NCBI GenBank assembly: GCA_049472335.1
Contig: JBLIRO010000012.1
Span: forward strand, 10,761 to 74,760
Direction of reading: 5' to 3'
Length of the DNA stretch: 64,000 nt
From: a bacterium
GTDB taxonomy: Bacteria > SZUA-182 > DTGQ01 > JAFGSM01
Position numbers and translations under genes: made by a program. Positions 20,736 through 30,678 of the stretch are shown here, piece after piece. How positions within the stretch are numbered: position 1 is the first letter of the stretch; each line of letters begins with the position of its first letter. Under the pieces are notes generated by a model. It was not told the DNA's origin and made no database searches. It was given only the letters and a program-made list of their open reading frames with translations.

Positions 20736-21947
20736 TCAGCCAATGAGGTTCGCTAATCCGAAAATTGGCATATACATAGCAATAATTATAAATCCGACCG
20801 AACCTCCCAGAAAAACCATCAAAAGGGGCTCGAGCATAGAGGTTAATGCTTCTACGGCAGTGTTCACCTCTTCATCATAGAAATCAGCTATCTTCCCTAG
20901 CATTGAGTCCAATGCCCCTGTGCTTTCACCGATAGAGATCATCTGAACAACCATTGGAGGAAAAACGCCGGTTTCACCTAGTGGTTCTGCTATGGTCTTG
21001 CCTTCGCTTATGGATATTCGACTCTGCTGGACCGCATGTTCGATGACCTTGTTGCCGGATGTTTTAGCGGTAATATCCATACCATCTAAAAGGGGTACGC
21101 CGCTGCTGACCAAAGTCCCCAGGGTTCGGGTGAATTTTGCAATGGCTACCTTTCGTAGAAGATTACCAAAGACAGGTGTCCGGAGCATGAATCTGTCGAT
21201 ATGGAGTTTTCCCTTTTCCGTATTTCTTATTTTTTTTAAGGCAATGAAAAGTGCGATAATCCCTAATAGTATGATCCCGCCACCCCATCCGCCGAGAAAA
21301 TTGCTCATTGCGATAACTATTCGGGTGGGTAATGGCAAGGTGCCTCCAAAGCTGGTAAATAGCTCCGCAAATTGGGGGATGACAAAAATTAACAGACCGG
21401 CTACGACTATAACAGCCACAACCAGAATAACAATCGGGTAGGTCATGGCAGACTTGACCTTTCTTTTAAGAGACAAGGCCCTTTCCATATATCCTGCTAA
21501 TCTGTTTAGGATAGTGTCCAATATACCTCCCGCCTCCCCTGCTTCCACCATATTGACATAAAGAGCATCGAATACCTTGGGATATTTACGAAGGGCGTCT
21601 GCAAAGGTGCTTCCTCCTTCTACGGTCATTTTGATTTCTTTTATGGAGTTTGCCAATTCGCGGTTTTCGGTCTGTTGGGCCAGTATTTCAAGGCTCTGCA
21701 CAAGAGGAAGGCCCGCGTCGATCATGGTTGAAAATTGACGGGTAAAAACGATCTTGTCCTTTTCTTTTATCTTGGGTCCGAATCCCGGGATATTGATTTT
21801 GATCTCTGTAGGCTTTTTTTTGATTTGAGTGGGTATGATAGCCTGACGCCTCAATTCGGCCATCACCAGTTCCTTGCTGTCTCCGGTTATCTCACCTTCA
21901 ACCTCTTTACCCTGAAGGGTCCTTCCTTTGTATTTGAATTCCGACAT
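20736..21947 (-). CDS. pilC: Type IV pilus platform protein PilC
   Basis: FTRQFSTMIDAGLPL, GEAGGILD, GESTGALD. Confidence 0.95.
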   Translation of the reverse strand: MSEFKYKGRTLQGKEVEGEITGDSKELVMAELRRQAIIPTQIKKKPTEIKINIPGFGPKIKEKDKIVFTRQFSTMIDAGLPLVQSLEILAQQTENRELANSIKEIKMTVEGGSTFADALRKYPKVFDALYVNMVEAGEAGGILDTILNRLAGYMERALSLKRKVKSAMTYPIVILVVAVIVVAGLLIFVIPQFAELFTSFGGTLPLPTRIVIAMSNFLGGWGGGIILLGIIALFIALKKIRNTEKGKLHIDRFMLRTPVFGNLLRKVAIAKFTRTLGTLVSSGVPLLDGMDITAKTSGNKVIEHAVQQSRISISEGKTIAEPLGETGVFPPMVVQMISIGESTGALDSMLGKIADFYDEEVNTAVEALTSMLEPLLMVFLGGSVGFIIIAMYMPIFGLANLIG

Positions 21948-21963
21948 ATCTGATACCTCTCCC

Positions 21964-23058
21964 TTATATTATTCTGACATTATTGTTTTGAATCATATTT
22001 ACCAGTTCTTCCGTATCGGTTGAACGGCTTATGGCATTCTCCTTTGAGATGACACGTTTTGTATAAAGATTGAAAAGCGACTGATTCATCGTCTGCATAC
22101 CATGTTTAGCCTGACCTGCCAGCATAATACTGTAAATTTGATGGATCTGGTTATCCCTGATCTGATTCCGCACGGCTGGATTCGGAATTAGAATTTCCAG
22201 AGCAAGGGTCCTTCCATCCTCGAGTTGTTTTGGTATTAATTGCTGAGCAAGTATTCCCTCAAGCACGAAAGATAATTGCAGCCGGATCTGATTTTGCTGA
22301 TGCGGCGAAAAAACATCTATGATTCTGTTAATGGATTGTATGCAGGAATTAGTATGAAGCGTAGCGAGTGTAAGATGCCCTGTCTCGGATATGGTCAATG
22401 CAGCCTCTATTGTTTCAATATCCCTCATTTCTCCAATGAGCACCACGTCAGGGTCTTCTCTGAGTGCCGAGCGGAGGGCCTTTTTGAATGAATACGTATC
22501 TGCGTGTAGCTCCCGTTGATTCACAATGGATTTTTTATGGCTATGTATATATTCGATAGGGTCCTCGATTGTAATTATATGTTTATCTTGATGGTTGTTT
22601 ATCCAGTCTATCATTGCTGCCAGTGTTGTCGATTTTCCGCTTCCGGTGGGACCGGTAACCAGGATAAGTCCTCTGGGTTTTTCGCATAAAGCAGTAATAA
22701 TGGAGGGTAATCCGAGTTCTTCAAATGAAGGGATATAAAATGGAATGCTTCTGATAGCCATGCTTAGAGCACCCCTTTGAAAAAAGATATTGGCCCTGAA
22801 TCTGCTTAGCTCATTAATGCCAAAAGAGATATCCAGCTCTAGCTCGGATTCGAGCTTTTTCCTTTGATCTTCATTTAAGATCTTGAAAACCATATCTTTT
22901 ATGTCTTCCTCTGTAAGGGCGGCATAGGAAGATGATACGATTTTACCATCCACTCTCATCCGGGGAGGAATGCCGGTGGAGAGGTGAAGATCGGATGCAC
23001 GTTTATGTAACATCTCATGAAGTAACTGAGTAAGATCTATCATCTTAAATAAATCCAT
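21964..23058 (-). CDS. pilT: Type IV pilus retraction ATPase PilT
   Basis: ASDLHL, GPTGSGKSTT, TIEDPIE, ALREDPD, TLHTN, AVRNQIRD. Confidence 0.93.
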   Translation of the reverse strand: MDLFKMIDLTQLLHEMLHKRASDLHLSTGIPPRMRVDGKIVSSSYAALTEEDIKDMVFKILNEDQRKKLESELELDISFGINELSRFRANIFFQRGALSMAIRSIPFYIPSFEELGLPSIITALCEKPRGLILVTGPTGSGKSTTLAAMIDWINNHQDKHIITIEDPIEYIHSHKKSIVNQRELHADTYSFKKALRSALREDPDVVLIGEMRDIETIEAALTISETGHLTLATLHTNSCIQSINRIIDVFSPHQQNQIRLQLSFVLEGILAQQLIPKQLEDGRTLALEILIPNPAVRNQIRDNQIHQIYSIMLAGQAKHGMQTMNQSLFNLYTKRVISKENAISRSTDTEELVNMIQNNNVRII

Positions 23059-23078
23059 TATTTGTTTGATTAATCATG

Positions 23079-24878
23079 TTATACGCTCACACTAAATACT
23101 TCCTCCAGGGTGGTCAAACCCTCTTTAATCTTTTGTAAACCACTTTCCCTTAAGGTTTTCATACCTTCCTCCCTGGCAAGAGCCCTTAGTTGCTCAGTGG
23201 AACCACCCCGTACAATCATCTCTTTAACAGGGTCTGTTATAAGCATCACTTCATAAAGGGCCAATCTCCCTTTATATCCCGTATTAGAACATTTAGGGCA
23301 TCCCTTCCCTTTATAGATTTCCGGGCCGGCTTTTAAATCTTGATCCGAGAAACCTATTCGTTTAAGGAGTTCAACGGGAACAGATGTTTTTTCCCTGCAA
23401 TTGGAACAAATCCTTCTAACAAGCCTCTGAGAAAGAACCAGAACAACAGCAGAGCTGACCAGAAAGGACTCCACTCCCATATTTAATAATCGGACTATTG
23501 TGCTTGGTGCATCATTGGTGTGGAGTGTGGATAACATCAAGTGACCTGTTAAGGCTGCCTTAACCCCTATTTCTGCCGTTTCCAGGTCCCTTATCTCTCC
23601 GACCATGATTACATCAGGGTCCTGACGCAGGAAGGACCGAAGCGCTGAAGCAAAAGTCAGCCCTATATTTTCATGGACTTGGACCTGATTTATACCTTGC
23701 AGGTTAAATTCTACAGGATCCTCTGCTGTCATGATGTTTGTACCCTCTTTATTCAACTGGTGAAGGGCGGAGTAAAGGGTTGTGGTTTTACCGCTGCCTG
23801 TAGGCCCTGTAACAAGTATCATACCATAGGGGCTCTGTATGGCATTCTGAAATTTTTCCAGAGATTCCGGTTCAAAACCCAATTTCGTCATATCAAGCTG
23901 GAGGTTGGATTTGTCCAGGAGTCTTAAAACGACCTTTTCACCGTAAAGGGTCGGTAATACAGAGACACGGAAATCCATTTCTGAATTTTTCCCAAGTTTC
24001 AATTTTATCCTGCCGTCTTGAGGTAATCTCTTTTCGGCTATGTCCAGTTTTGCCATAATCTTGATTCTGGATACCACAGCATTTTTTATTTTTGGGGGTA
24101 ATCCCATGATCTTTTTCAGGACCCCATCCAGCCGGAAGCGAACCCTGAACGACTTTTCATAGGGTTCTATATGAATATCGCTGGCCTTTGAGTTTACAGC
24201 ATTCAGCAAAATTCCGTTTACAAGTTTGACAATTGGGGCATCTGCCTCTGTCAGGGTTTCCTGCTGGATATCTGTTTCAACGACCTCAACATTTTCGAGC
24301 GCGCCTTTGACAATCTTGTCAAAATCCATGAGGATGGTTAGATCCTCTTTGGATTCCTCTTGTATTATTGTTTTAGAAGAGATTCCCTTTTTCGTTTGCC
24401 CCTGCTCTTCTTCCTCTTCCTCATAGTTAAATACGTCCAAATCCGGAGACACTGATTTTTTATAATATTGATTGTATGCCTGGAGAAAAAGGGACTCAGT
24501 GGTCAATACGGTTTCAATATTAAAACCGGTTGAAAAACTAATATCCTCGATTGCAATATAATCCGTCGGATCCACGAAGGCTACCGTTAAGGTGTCTCCC
24601 AATTGATTTAATGGTATACAGGAATACTTCTTAACCAATGCGGTAGGGATGAGCCCGAGTATGTCATTGTCTATATTAAAATTTCTCAGATCAACACATG
24701 GAACACCAAGCTGCTTACTCAAATGGTAAAGGGCGTCTTCTTCTTTCAGAAATCCAAGCTTTATCAGATTATGAGCCACGCGGCCGCCGGATTTTTTTTG
24801 TTCTTCCAGGGCCTTGTTCAGTTGTTCCTGGGTAATGACATTTGCCTGAATAAGGATTTCTCCCAAACGAGCTTTCAT
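23079..24878 (-). CDS. pilB: Type IV pilus assembly ATPase PilB with MshEN-like N-terminus
   Basis: RLGEILI...LNKALEEQ, ASDIHIEP, GPTGSGKTTT, CxxC/CxxC zinc motif. Confidence 0.95.
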   Translation of the reverse strand: MKARLGEILIQANVITQEQLNKALEEQKKSGGRVAHNLIKLGFLKEEDALYHLSKQLGVPCVDLRNFNIDNDILGLIPTALVKKYSCIPLNQLGDTLTVAFVDPTDYIAIEDISFSTGFNIETVLTTESLFLQAYNQYYKKSVSPDLDVFNYEEEEEEQGQTKKGISSKTIIQEESKEDLTILMDFDKIVKGALENVEVVETDIQQETLTEADAPIVKLVNGILLNAVNSKASDIHIEPYEKSFRVRFRLDGVLKKIMGLPPKIKNAVVSRIKIMAKLDIAEKRLPQDGRIKLKLGKNSEMDFRVSVLPTLYGEKVVLRLLDKSNLQLDMTKLGFEPESLEKFQNAIQSPYGMILVTGPTGSGKTTTLYSALHQLNKEGTNIMTAEDPVEFNLQGINQVQVHENIGLTFASALRSFLRQDPDVIMVGEIRDLETAEIGVKAALTGHLMLSTLHTNDAPSTIVRLLNMGVESFLVSSAVVLVLSQRLVRRICSNCREKTSVPVELLKRIGFSDQDLKAGPEIYKGKGCPKCSNTGYKGRLALYEVMLITDPVKEMIVRGGSTEQLRALAREEGMKTLRESGLQKIKEGLTTLEEVFSVSV

Positions 24879-25014
24879 ATTTTTGCCTTTTTGATAACTT
24901 TAATAAGTTTCTAAATATTTAATCCCAAACAAATAAGGGCTCACCTTTATTGTTTTATTGTCAAGTAAACGAAGGCCTGCTTCTTAATCGGAAAAATTTG
25001 ATCACCAAATCGAA

Positions 25015-25746
25015 TCAGAGACTTAGAAATTCACAGATATCCTCGACAGGAACAGGATGGTCAAGGGTAAAACCCTCACCAAATCGGCAATTTATAAGGG
25101 ATCCGAAATACCTTGCCTGTGACTCGATATGAAAAATAAAATCTTTATACTCGAATGGAAATGGGGAGGTCATGGATAGTATCTCATGGAATCGTGAGTG
25201 ATATACCTTTACTGCTTCTAATTTCCCTTCAAAGGTAGAGGTAATATTAACGATCGCTTGTGGAATGGCGGGTTTCGTCAAAGGATAGTATAATACTCGT
25301 GAAGATTTATGGGACTTGCATATCTTGTCCGTTTTATCAGACATCATAATATGAATAGCCTTATGAATTAATTGATTGACCAGGTATTGGCCTGGATTTC
25401 GATCCTGCCAATAGGGTGCCAGAATTATATCAGGCCTGTATAATCGAAGAGGATCAGCAAGTATTTGAGCCTGTCCTATGTCCAGGTCAAATAAGGAATT
25501 ACCTAAATCAAGATTTACACGATCTGACACGTGTAGTATCTTTGCCGCCTTATCTGCCTCTTCGGAGTTTTCCTTATTGTTTTGAACAGGATTTATCCTT
25601 CCATGAGTTAGATCACATATGACAGTGGTATAACCTCGGTGAGCCATCTTGAGGAGTATGCCGCCTACACCAATCTCAACGTCCATAGGATTTGCTCCAA
25701 TGGCCAGGATATCTACATGTTGATCTATGGATAGCTTTGTGTCCAT
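25015..25746 (-). CDS. PIG-L/BshB1-like deacetylase homolog with degenerate active site
   Basis: DILAIGANPMDVEIGVGG, DLTHG, DRNPGQ, GEGF; overall BshB1 layout. Confidence 0.7.
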   Translation of the reverse strand: MDTKLSIDQHVDILAIGANPMDVEIGVGGILLKMAHRGYTTVICDLTHGRINPVQNNKENSEEADKAAKILHVSDRVNLDLGNSLFDLDIGQAQILADPLRLYRPDIILAPYWQDRNPGQYLVNQLIHKAIHIMMSDKTDKICKSHKSSRVLYYPLTKPAIPQAIVNITSTFEGKLEAVKVYHSRFHEILSMTSPFPFEYKDFIFHIESQARYFGSLINCRFGEGFTLDHPVPVEDICEFLSL

Positions 25747-26406
25747 CGATTCAAGTGCGTAAGGTTAAAGGTTATTATAAATACTCAAAGTTTCAAGTGC
25801 CTGATGCAATTCTTACCTCCAACATAAACATATGCATCCCCTTTTTTCTTTATTTTTTGATTTGCCTGTCAACTTGTTAGTAAGGCTTAATTAATAAATC
25901 TCTTTGGGCTATAGACCAGGGAGGGGGTTACTATTGAATTTTCAATACCTAATAGTATCAGATTCAGATGGATTGTCAAGTCGTAGCCGTAATAAAAAGG
26001 TTTTTTATTCGCCTTTTAATTAAGAATAAAGGCTATAACTCTGTTTAGTTGGTTTTAACATATTGTTTAATTATTTATTTTGATTTGTTTTGATTTATGT
26101 CATAACTTAAATAAATTCTATGGGCTAAACTGAAAAATTTTTTCATAAAGATAAAAAGTTGACTATGATTAATCTGAAACTTTTTATCTTTGCTTTTTTA
26201 AATGATTTCGGTTTAGCTTTTATTTTTTTCACAAATTAGGTGTTTAATTGTATCCATCGTGAGTTTAATAACAGCACCTAATAATTTTTTAATTATATTA
26301 ATTAGGGAGGGGGATTGTTATGTGAACATACAGGGGGGTAATAGGTATCATCGGTCCTTAAACAAAATTTTTCAGGCTTTAGAGTTAAAGCGAGGAGATA
26401 ATTATT

Positions 26407-27030
26407 ATGTGTAACAATCGTAATTTATTCAATATCTTATTTATCCTTTTGATTGCCGGTTTTTTGGTTTTCGGGATCCAGGGCCCCAGAGTTGAAGCTC
26501 AGACCACAACAACTACTACAACTCCCACATTTTCCTACTCGCCCTTTATGGGTATGATGGGTATGGGCGGAATGCTTCCCTGGCAATATTCAAATTTAGG
26601 CAGCCTGGACTTCTCCAATTTGGGGTATTTTCCCTTCATGGGCGGCATGATGGGCATGGGCAGATTCAATCCTTATCTGTATTCCAGCTTAGGTAGTGGA
26701 CTGGATACAACCAGTTTAAGCTATCCCTTCATGGGCGGTATGATGGGCGGATACGGACGACCTTATTGGTTTGCCGGAAGCGGATTGGATACAACCAGTT
26801 TAAGCTATCCCTTCATGGGCGGCATGATGGGTATGATGGGCATGGGCGGATTCGGACGTATGTATCCATGGCTATCTTCAACTTCAGGCACTTTTGATTT
26901 TTCCAGCTTAGGTTTAGGCTATCCTTACATGGGCGGTATGATGGGCATGATGGGCATGGGTATGATGCCTTATCTTTACAACAGTCTTTTGGGAACAACA
27001 ACCACTACTCCTACTCCAACTACAATTTAA
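26407..27030 (+). CDS. Secreted Gly/Met/Tyr-rich repeat protein
   Basis: GAGGAG RBS, signal peptide ending VEA|Q, five repeats of (Y/F)P(F/Y)MGGMMGM, Thr-rich ends. Confidence 0.8.
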   Translation: MCNNRNLFNILFILLIAGFLVFGIQGPRVEAQTTTTTTTPTFSYSPFMGMMGMGGMLPWQYSNLGSLDFSNLGYFPFMGGMMGMGRFNPYLYSSLGSGLDTTSLSYPFMGGMMGGYGRPYWFAGSGLDTTSLSYPFMGGMMGMMGMGGFGRMYPWLSSTSGTFDFSSLGLGYPYMGGMMGMMGMGMMPYLYNSLLGTTTTTPTPTTI

Positions 27031-27075
27031 TTGAAAATTTATAATATCAACCTGTTTTTCAGAAGCATTTGATTA

Positions 27076-27142
27076 ACTCCGTGTCCTCTGTATTCTCTGT
27101 GGAATAGAAATATTACCACAGAGGACATAGAGAGCACGGAGT
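27076..27142. repeat. Long imperfect palindrome between convergent genes
   Basis: ACTCCGTGTCCTCTGTATTCTCTGTGG...CCACAGAGGACATAGAGAGCACGGAGT. Confidence 0.65.
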
Positions 27143-27235
27143 ATTTTAAAACATTCTGCAAACCAGATGCTTCCATATATAAAAAGTCTGGATATTTTTT
27201 AGAGACCAAACTGGCCCATATCAGCGCTTGGGAGA

Positions 27236-27436
27236 TCACCCAAAACCAAATTTTGGTAAGCAGCGGGCTGGAGAGGTTTTCTTTTCAATGCCCTTTGTAT
27301 TTGTTGTACTTATCTGGTTTGTTGTATTATTTGATTTACATTTTGGACAGGGAATATTTTCTTTTTGTCCAATCCTAAAAAAGAATCTATCGAATTTGTA
27401 CCCGCAATCTTTACATTCAAAAGAATATACTGGCAT
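27236..27436 (-). CDS. FmdB-family zinc-ribbon protein
   Basis: MPVYSFECKDCG...CPKCKS; GAGGAG RBS. Confidence 0.85.
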   Translation of the reverse strand: MPVYSFECKDCGYKFDRFFFRIGQKENIPCPKCKSNNTTNQISTTNTKGIEKKTSPARCLPKFGFG

Positions 27437-27853
27437 TTCATTTTCTCCTCATTTTAATATATAGTTTAAATTTACATTTTGCTCATATAATATTTTTTTA
27501 TATTAAAAAAAGCATAATAATATAATAATATGCTAAGATGCTTTTGTCAAATTCTTAATTAAATACCCAAACCACTTAAGGCCGGGAATAATTTATTCTC
27601 TGTTCATGATATAATTGTATTACTGTATACCTATAATTCTATAAAAATTGATTTTTAACCAAGAAGCTTGAACTTATTTTAAAAATTTGATTATAATCCT
27701 TTTTTTTGTTATAAAAAAGAGAATAGAAGAAATACACTAAATATTATTTGAAATAAAGTACTAACTATATTATAATAGTGATATAAATTTATATATGGTT
27801 TCAACTTATAACCTGTAAAACAAATCCTACAACATAATGATAGGAGAAAAAAA

Positions 27854-28978
27854 ATGCATAAAGGCAAAAATCCTTTCCGTTTTGGTGAAACTGTTACCAA
27901 TGATTATTTTGCAAATCGAAAGAAAGAAATAAACGATCTAATTAATTTCATTAATAAGGGGGAAAATATATTTTTATTTTCCCACCGCCGGCTGGGTAAG
28001 ACTTCTTTGGTGAAGAACACTTTGGAGATTATGCAAAAAGAGAAGCAGATTATATCTATATATGTAGATTTACAAAGGGCAACATCATGCGCTCAGTTCC
28101 TGGAAGTATACGCAATGGCGATTAGTGAGACTATGTTTGAATTAAAAGAGAAACTGGAAAAGATCGCCAATTTTTTTAAACGAATTGTCCCAAGTTTTGA
28201 GATCGGGGGTGAGGGACAATGGAAAATCAGGTTTGATTTTTCAAAAACTTCTGAAAATATACATAATGCATTAGATGAAATCATTGATCTTCCTCAGTTG
28301 ATGGCAAATGAATATAACCAGAAGGTTGTAGTAGTGCTCGATGAATTTCAGGAAGTTGAAGGTCTTCATGGAGGTGGATTTGAAGATTTACTAAAACCTT
28401 TTATCTCCAAGCATAATAGAGTTAATTATCTTTTTATCGCCAGCAAGGTTCATATTGCTACCAAGATGTTCAATGATCCGAGCCGTGCCTTTTATAAAAT
28501 GGCCAAACTATATCCTCTTCACCCTATTGATCCGGACTGTATGACAGATTTTGTATGTAAAAGGTTTGAAGCAACCTCCAAAAAAATTCCAAAGCATTTG
28601 GCTGAGCAAATAGTTACTATTTCTCATAATATCCCATATCATATACAAATGCTTGCATGTCATACCTGGCTAGTTACATCAAGAGAAGTGACTGAACAAA
28701 CCCTTGTTAATGGAATAGAGCTCGTTATTTATCATCAGGGAGAGCTTTATTTTAGCTGGTATGATTCATCCAGTCATCATCAGCGTGCAGTTTTACGTGC
28801 ATTGGCTAAAACAAAAGAGATGTTTTCACAAGATACAATCATAAAATACAATCTCGGCTCCGCATCGAGTGTTCAAGCATCTTTGAAGGCTCTTATAAGG
28901 AATGGCCTCGTTCAAAAGGACAAAGATGGATATAAGATCAGTGATCCTTTTTTTGAAAGATGGCTTCAGAGAAACTAA
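27854..28978 (+). CDS. Archaeal-type AAA/STAND ATPase with C-terminal winged helix
   Basis: NPF.FG, FANRKKE, RRLGKTS, VVVLDEFQ, ISDPFFERW. Confidence 0.8.
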   Translation: MHKGKNPFRFGETVTNDYFANRKKEINDLINFINKGENIFLFSHRRLGKTSLVKNTLEIMQKEKQIISIYVDLQRATSCAQFLEVYAMAISETMFELKEKLEKIANFFKRIVPSFEIGGEGQWKIRFDFSKTSENIHNALDEIIDLPQLMANEYNQKVVVVLDEFQEVEGLHGGGFEDLLKPFISKHNRVNYLFIASKVHIATKMFNDPSRAFYKMAKLYPLHPIDPDCMTDFVCKRFEATSKKIPKHLAEQIVTISHNIPYHIQMLACHTWLVTSREVTEQTLVNGIELVIYHQGELYFSWYDSSSHHQRAVLRALAKTKEMFSQDTIIKYNLGSASSVQASLKALIRNGLVQKDKDGYKISDPFFERWLQRN

Positions 28979-29241
28979 AGGGTATTAATAAAAAAACGAT
29001 CTAACCTTGGATATTTTTTTCTTAATAATGTAAGCACCTCATGACGTTATATTTCTATACCCAAAGGCCTTTAAATTAATCCAATTCCTGTCAAAAACAT
29101 AGATATTCCTTTGATATGAATCATTTTGTTGCTGTTTCTTTTAACTATAAGTTCCGATAATAAATATGAAAGGTTCTATTTTATTGTAACTTATATCATC
29201 TAGAAAGTTACTGAAAAGAAATTTTTCATTTTGGAGGTAAA

Positions 29242-30651
29242 ATGACTTTAACTGAAACCGAGCTTGTAGACGTGAGAGAGGCTATACGGGTTAAATCAAG
29301 GATACCGTTGCGTTATCAGAGAGTTACGGAAGATAAAATCGAGAAGGAATTTAAGGAATCCATAACCAAAGATATCAGTACTAACGGAGTGCTGTTCGAA
29401 GCTTCGGAACTGCTCCCCCTCGGGCATAGGTTAAAGATTTTTCTTGATATCCCCGGTGTTGATGATGAGATAGTTGTTTTGGGGAAGGTTGCCAGGATAG
29501 AAGAGATACATTTCGGCAAATCCTATAATATCGGAGTGAAGTTTGAACAGATCAGCAGGGCAGATCTGCAAAGAATCAAGAGATTGATAGAGATGGTGGA
29601 TATCATCCGCCTGCTTAATCTCGCACACAATGAAAAAGCTTCAGATCTTCATCTTACTTATGGCCGTCCGCCAATCTTGAGAGTTTTTGGAAATCTCGTT
29701 CCATTGGACATGGAAGCGTTGTTTAAGGAAGATCTGAAGGCCATGATATATAGTATTCTAACAGAGTCCCAGATTAAGAAATTTGAAAAATATAAAGAAT
29801 TGGATTTTGCTTTTTCACCGGACCCAGAAAAGAGATTCAGAGTAAATGTACATATGCAGAGAGGCAATGTGGAGGCTACCTTCCGAACCATAATGCCTCA
29901 AATCAGATCCATAAAAGAGCTCGGTTTGCCAAATGTTGTTGCTGATCTGGCTTTAAAAAGGAAAGGAATAGTAATTATAGCCGGTCCTACGGGAGCAGGC
30001 AAAACAACTACTTTGGCAGCAATGGTGGATCTGATCAACAGCGAAAGAGAATCAGTTATTATATGTCTTGAGGATCCGATCGAATATGTTCATAAGAACA
30101 AAAGAAGCATTATAAAGCAGAGGGAGATAGGTTCGGATACCATATCTTTCTCTACGGCTCTTAAAGAGGCCCTTCGTCAAGATCCCGATGTTATACTGAT
30201 AGGAGAACTCCAGGATTCAGAATCCATACAGACTGCAATCACTGCGGCAGAGACAGGACATTTGGTCCTAACTTCTATGCATGCACCAAACTGTATACAG
30301 GTAATTGACAGGATCACAAATATGTTTACTTCCCAGCAGAGAAGGCCGATCTCCATTTCATTGAGTAACTGTCTTCAGGGCATAATCTCTCAGGTGCTAT
30401 TGCCGAGGAAAGACGGCAATGACAGAGTTGTGGCAACAGAAGCTTTACTTATTTCAGAGGCTGTCAAAAGCATTATCAGGGAAGGAAGTATTATGCAACT
30501 AACTTCATCTATACAGACAGGCGGCAAGTATAAAATGCATTCAATGCAGGATTCTGTTTTAAGATTATATAAAAATGGTCTTATAGATAAGGAAATTGCG
30601 GCAGAATATTGCACTGAGATGGATTTAGAAAAGGTTATTTCATATTTTTAA
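29242..30651 (+). CDS. PilZ domain-PilT/PilU ATPase fusion
   Basis: REAIR (RxxxR) and DISTNG (DxSxxG), then ASDLHL, GPTGAGKTTT, EDPIE, ALRQDPD. Confidence 0.88.
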   Translation: MTLTETELVDVREAIRVKSRIPLRYQRVTEDKIEKEFKESITKDISTNGVLFEASELLPLGHRLKIFLDIPGVDDEIVVLGKVARIEEIHFGKSYNIGVKFEQISRADLQRIKRLIEMVDIIRLLNLAHNEKASDLHLTYGRPPILRVFGNLVPLDMEALFKEDLKAMIYSILTESQIKKFEKYKELDFAFSPDPEKRFRVNVHMQRGNVEATFRTIMPQIRSIKELGLPNVVADLALKRKGIVIIAGPTGAGKTTTLAAMVDLINSERESVIICLEDPIEYVHKNKRSIIKQREIGSDTISFSTALKEALRQDPDVILIGELQDSESIQTAITAAETGHLVLTSMHAPNCIQVIDRITNMFTSQQRRPISISLSNCLQGIISQVLLPRKDGNDRVVATEALLISEAVKSIIREGSIMQLTSSIQTGGKYKMHSMQDSVLRLYKNGLIDKEIAAEYCTEMDLEKVISYF

Positions 30652-30678
30652 TTTTGTCACCCGAAGTTATATATGTAA

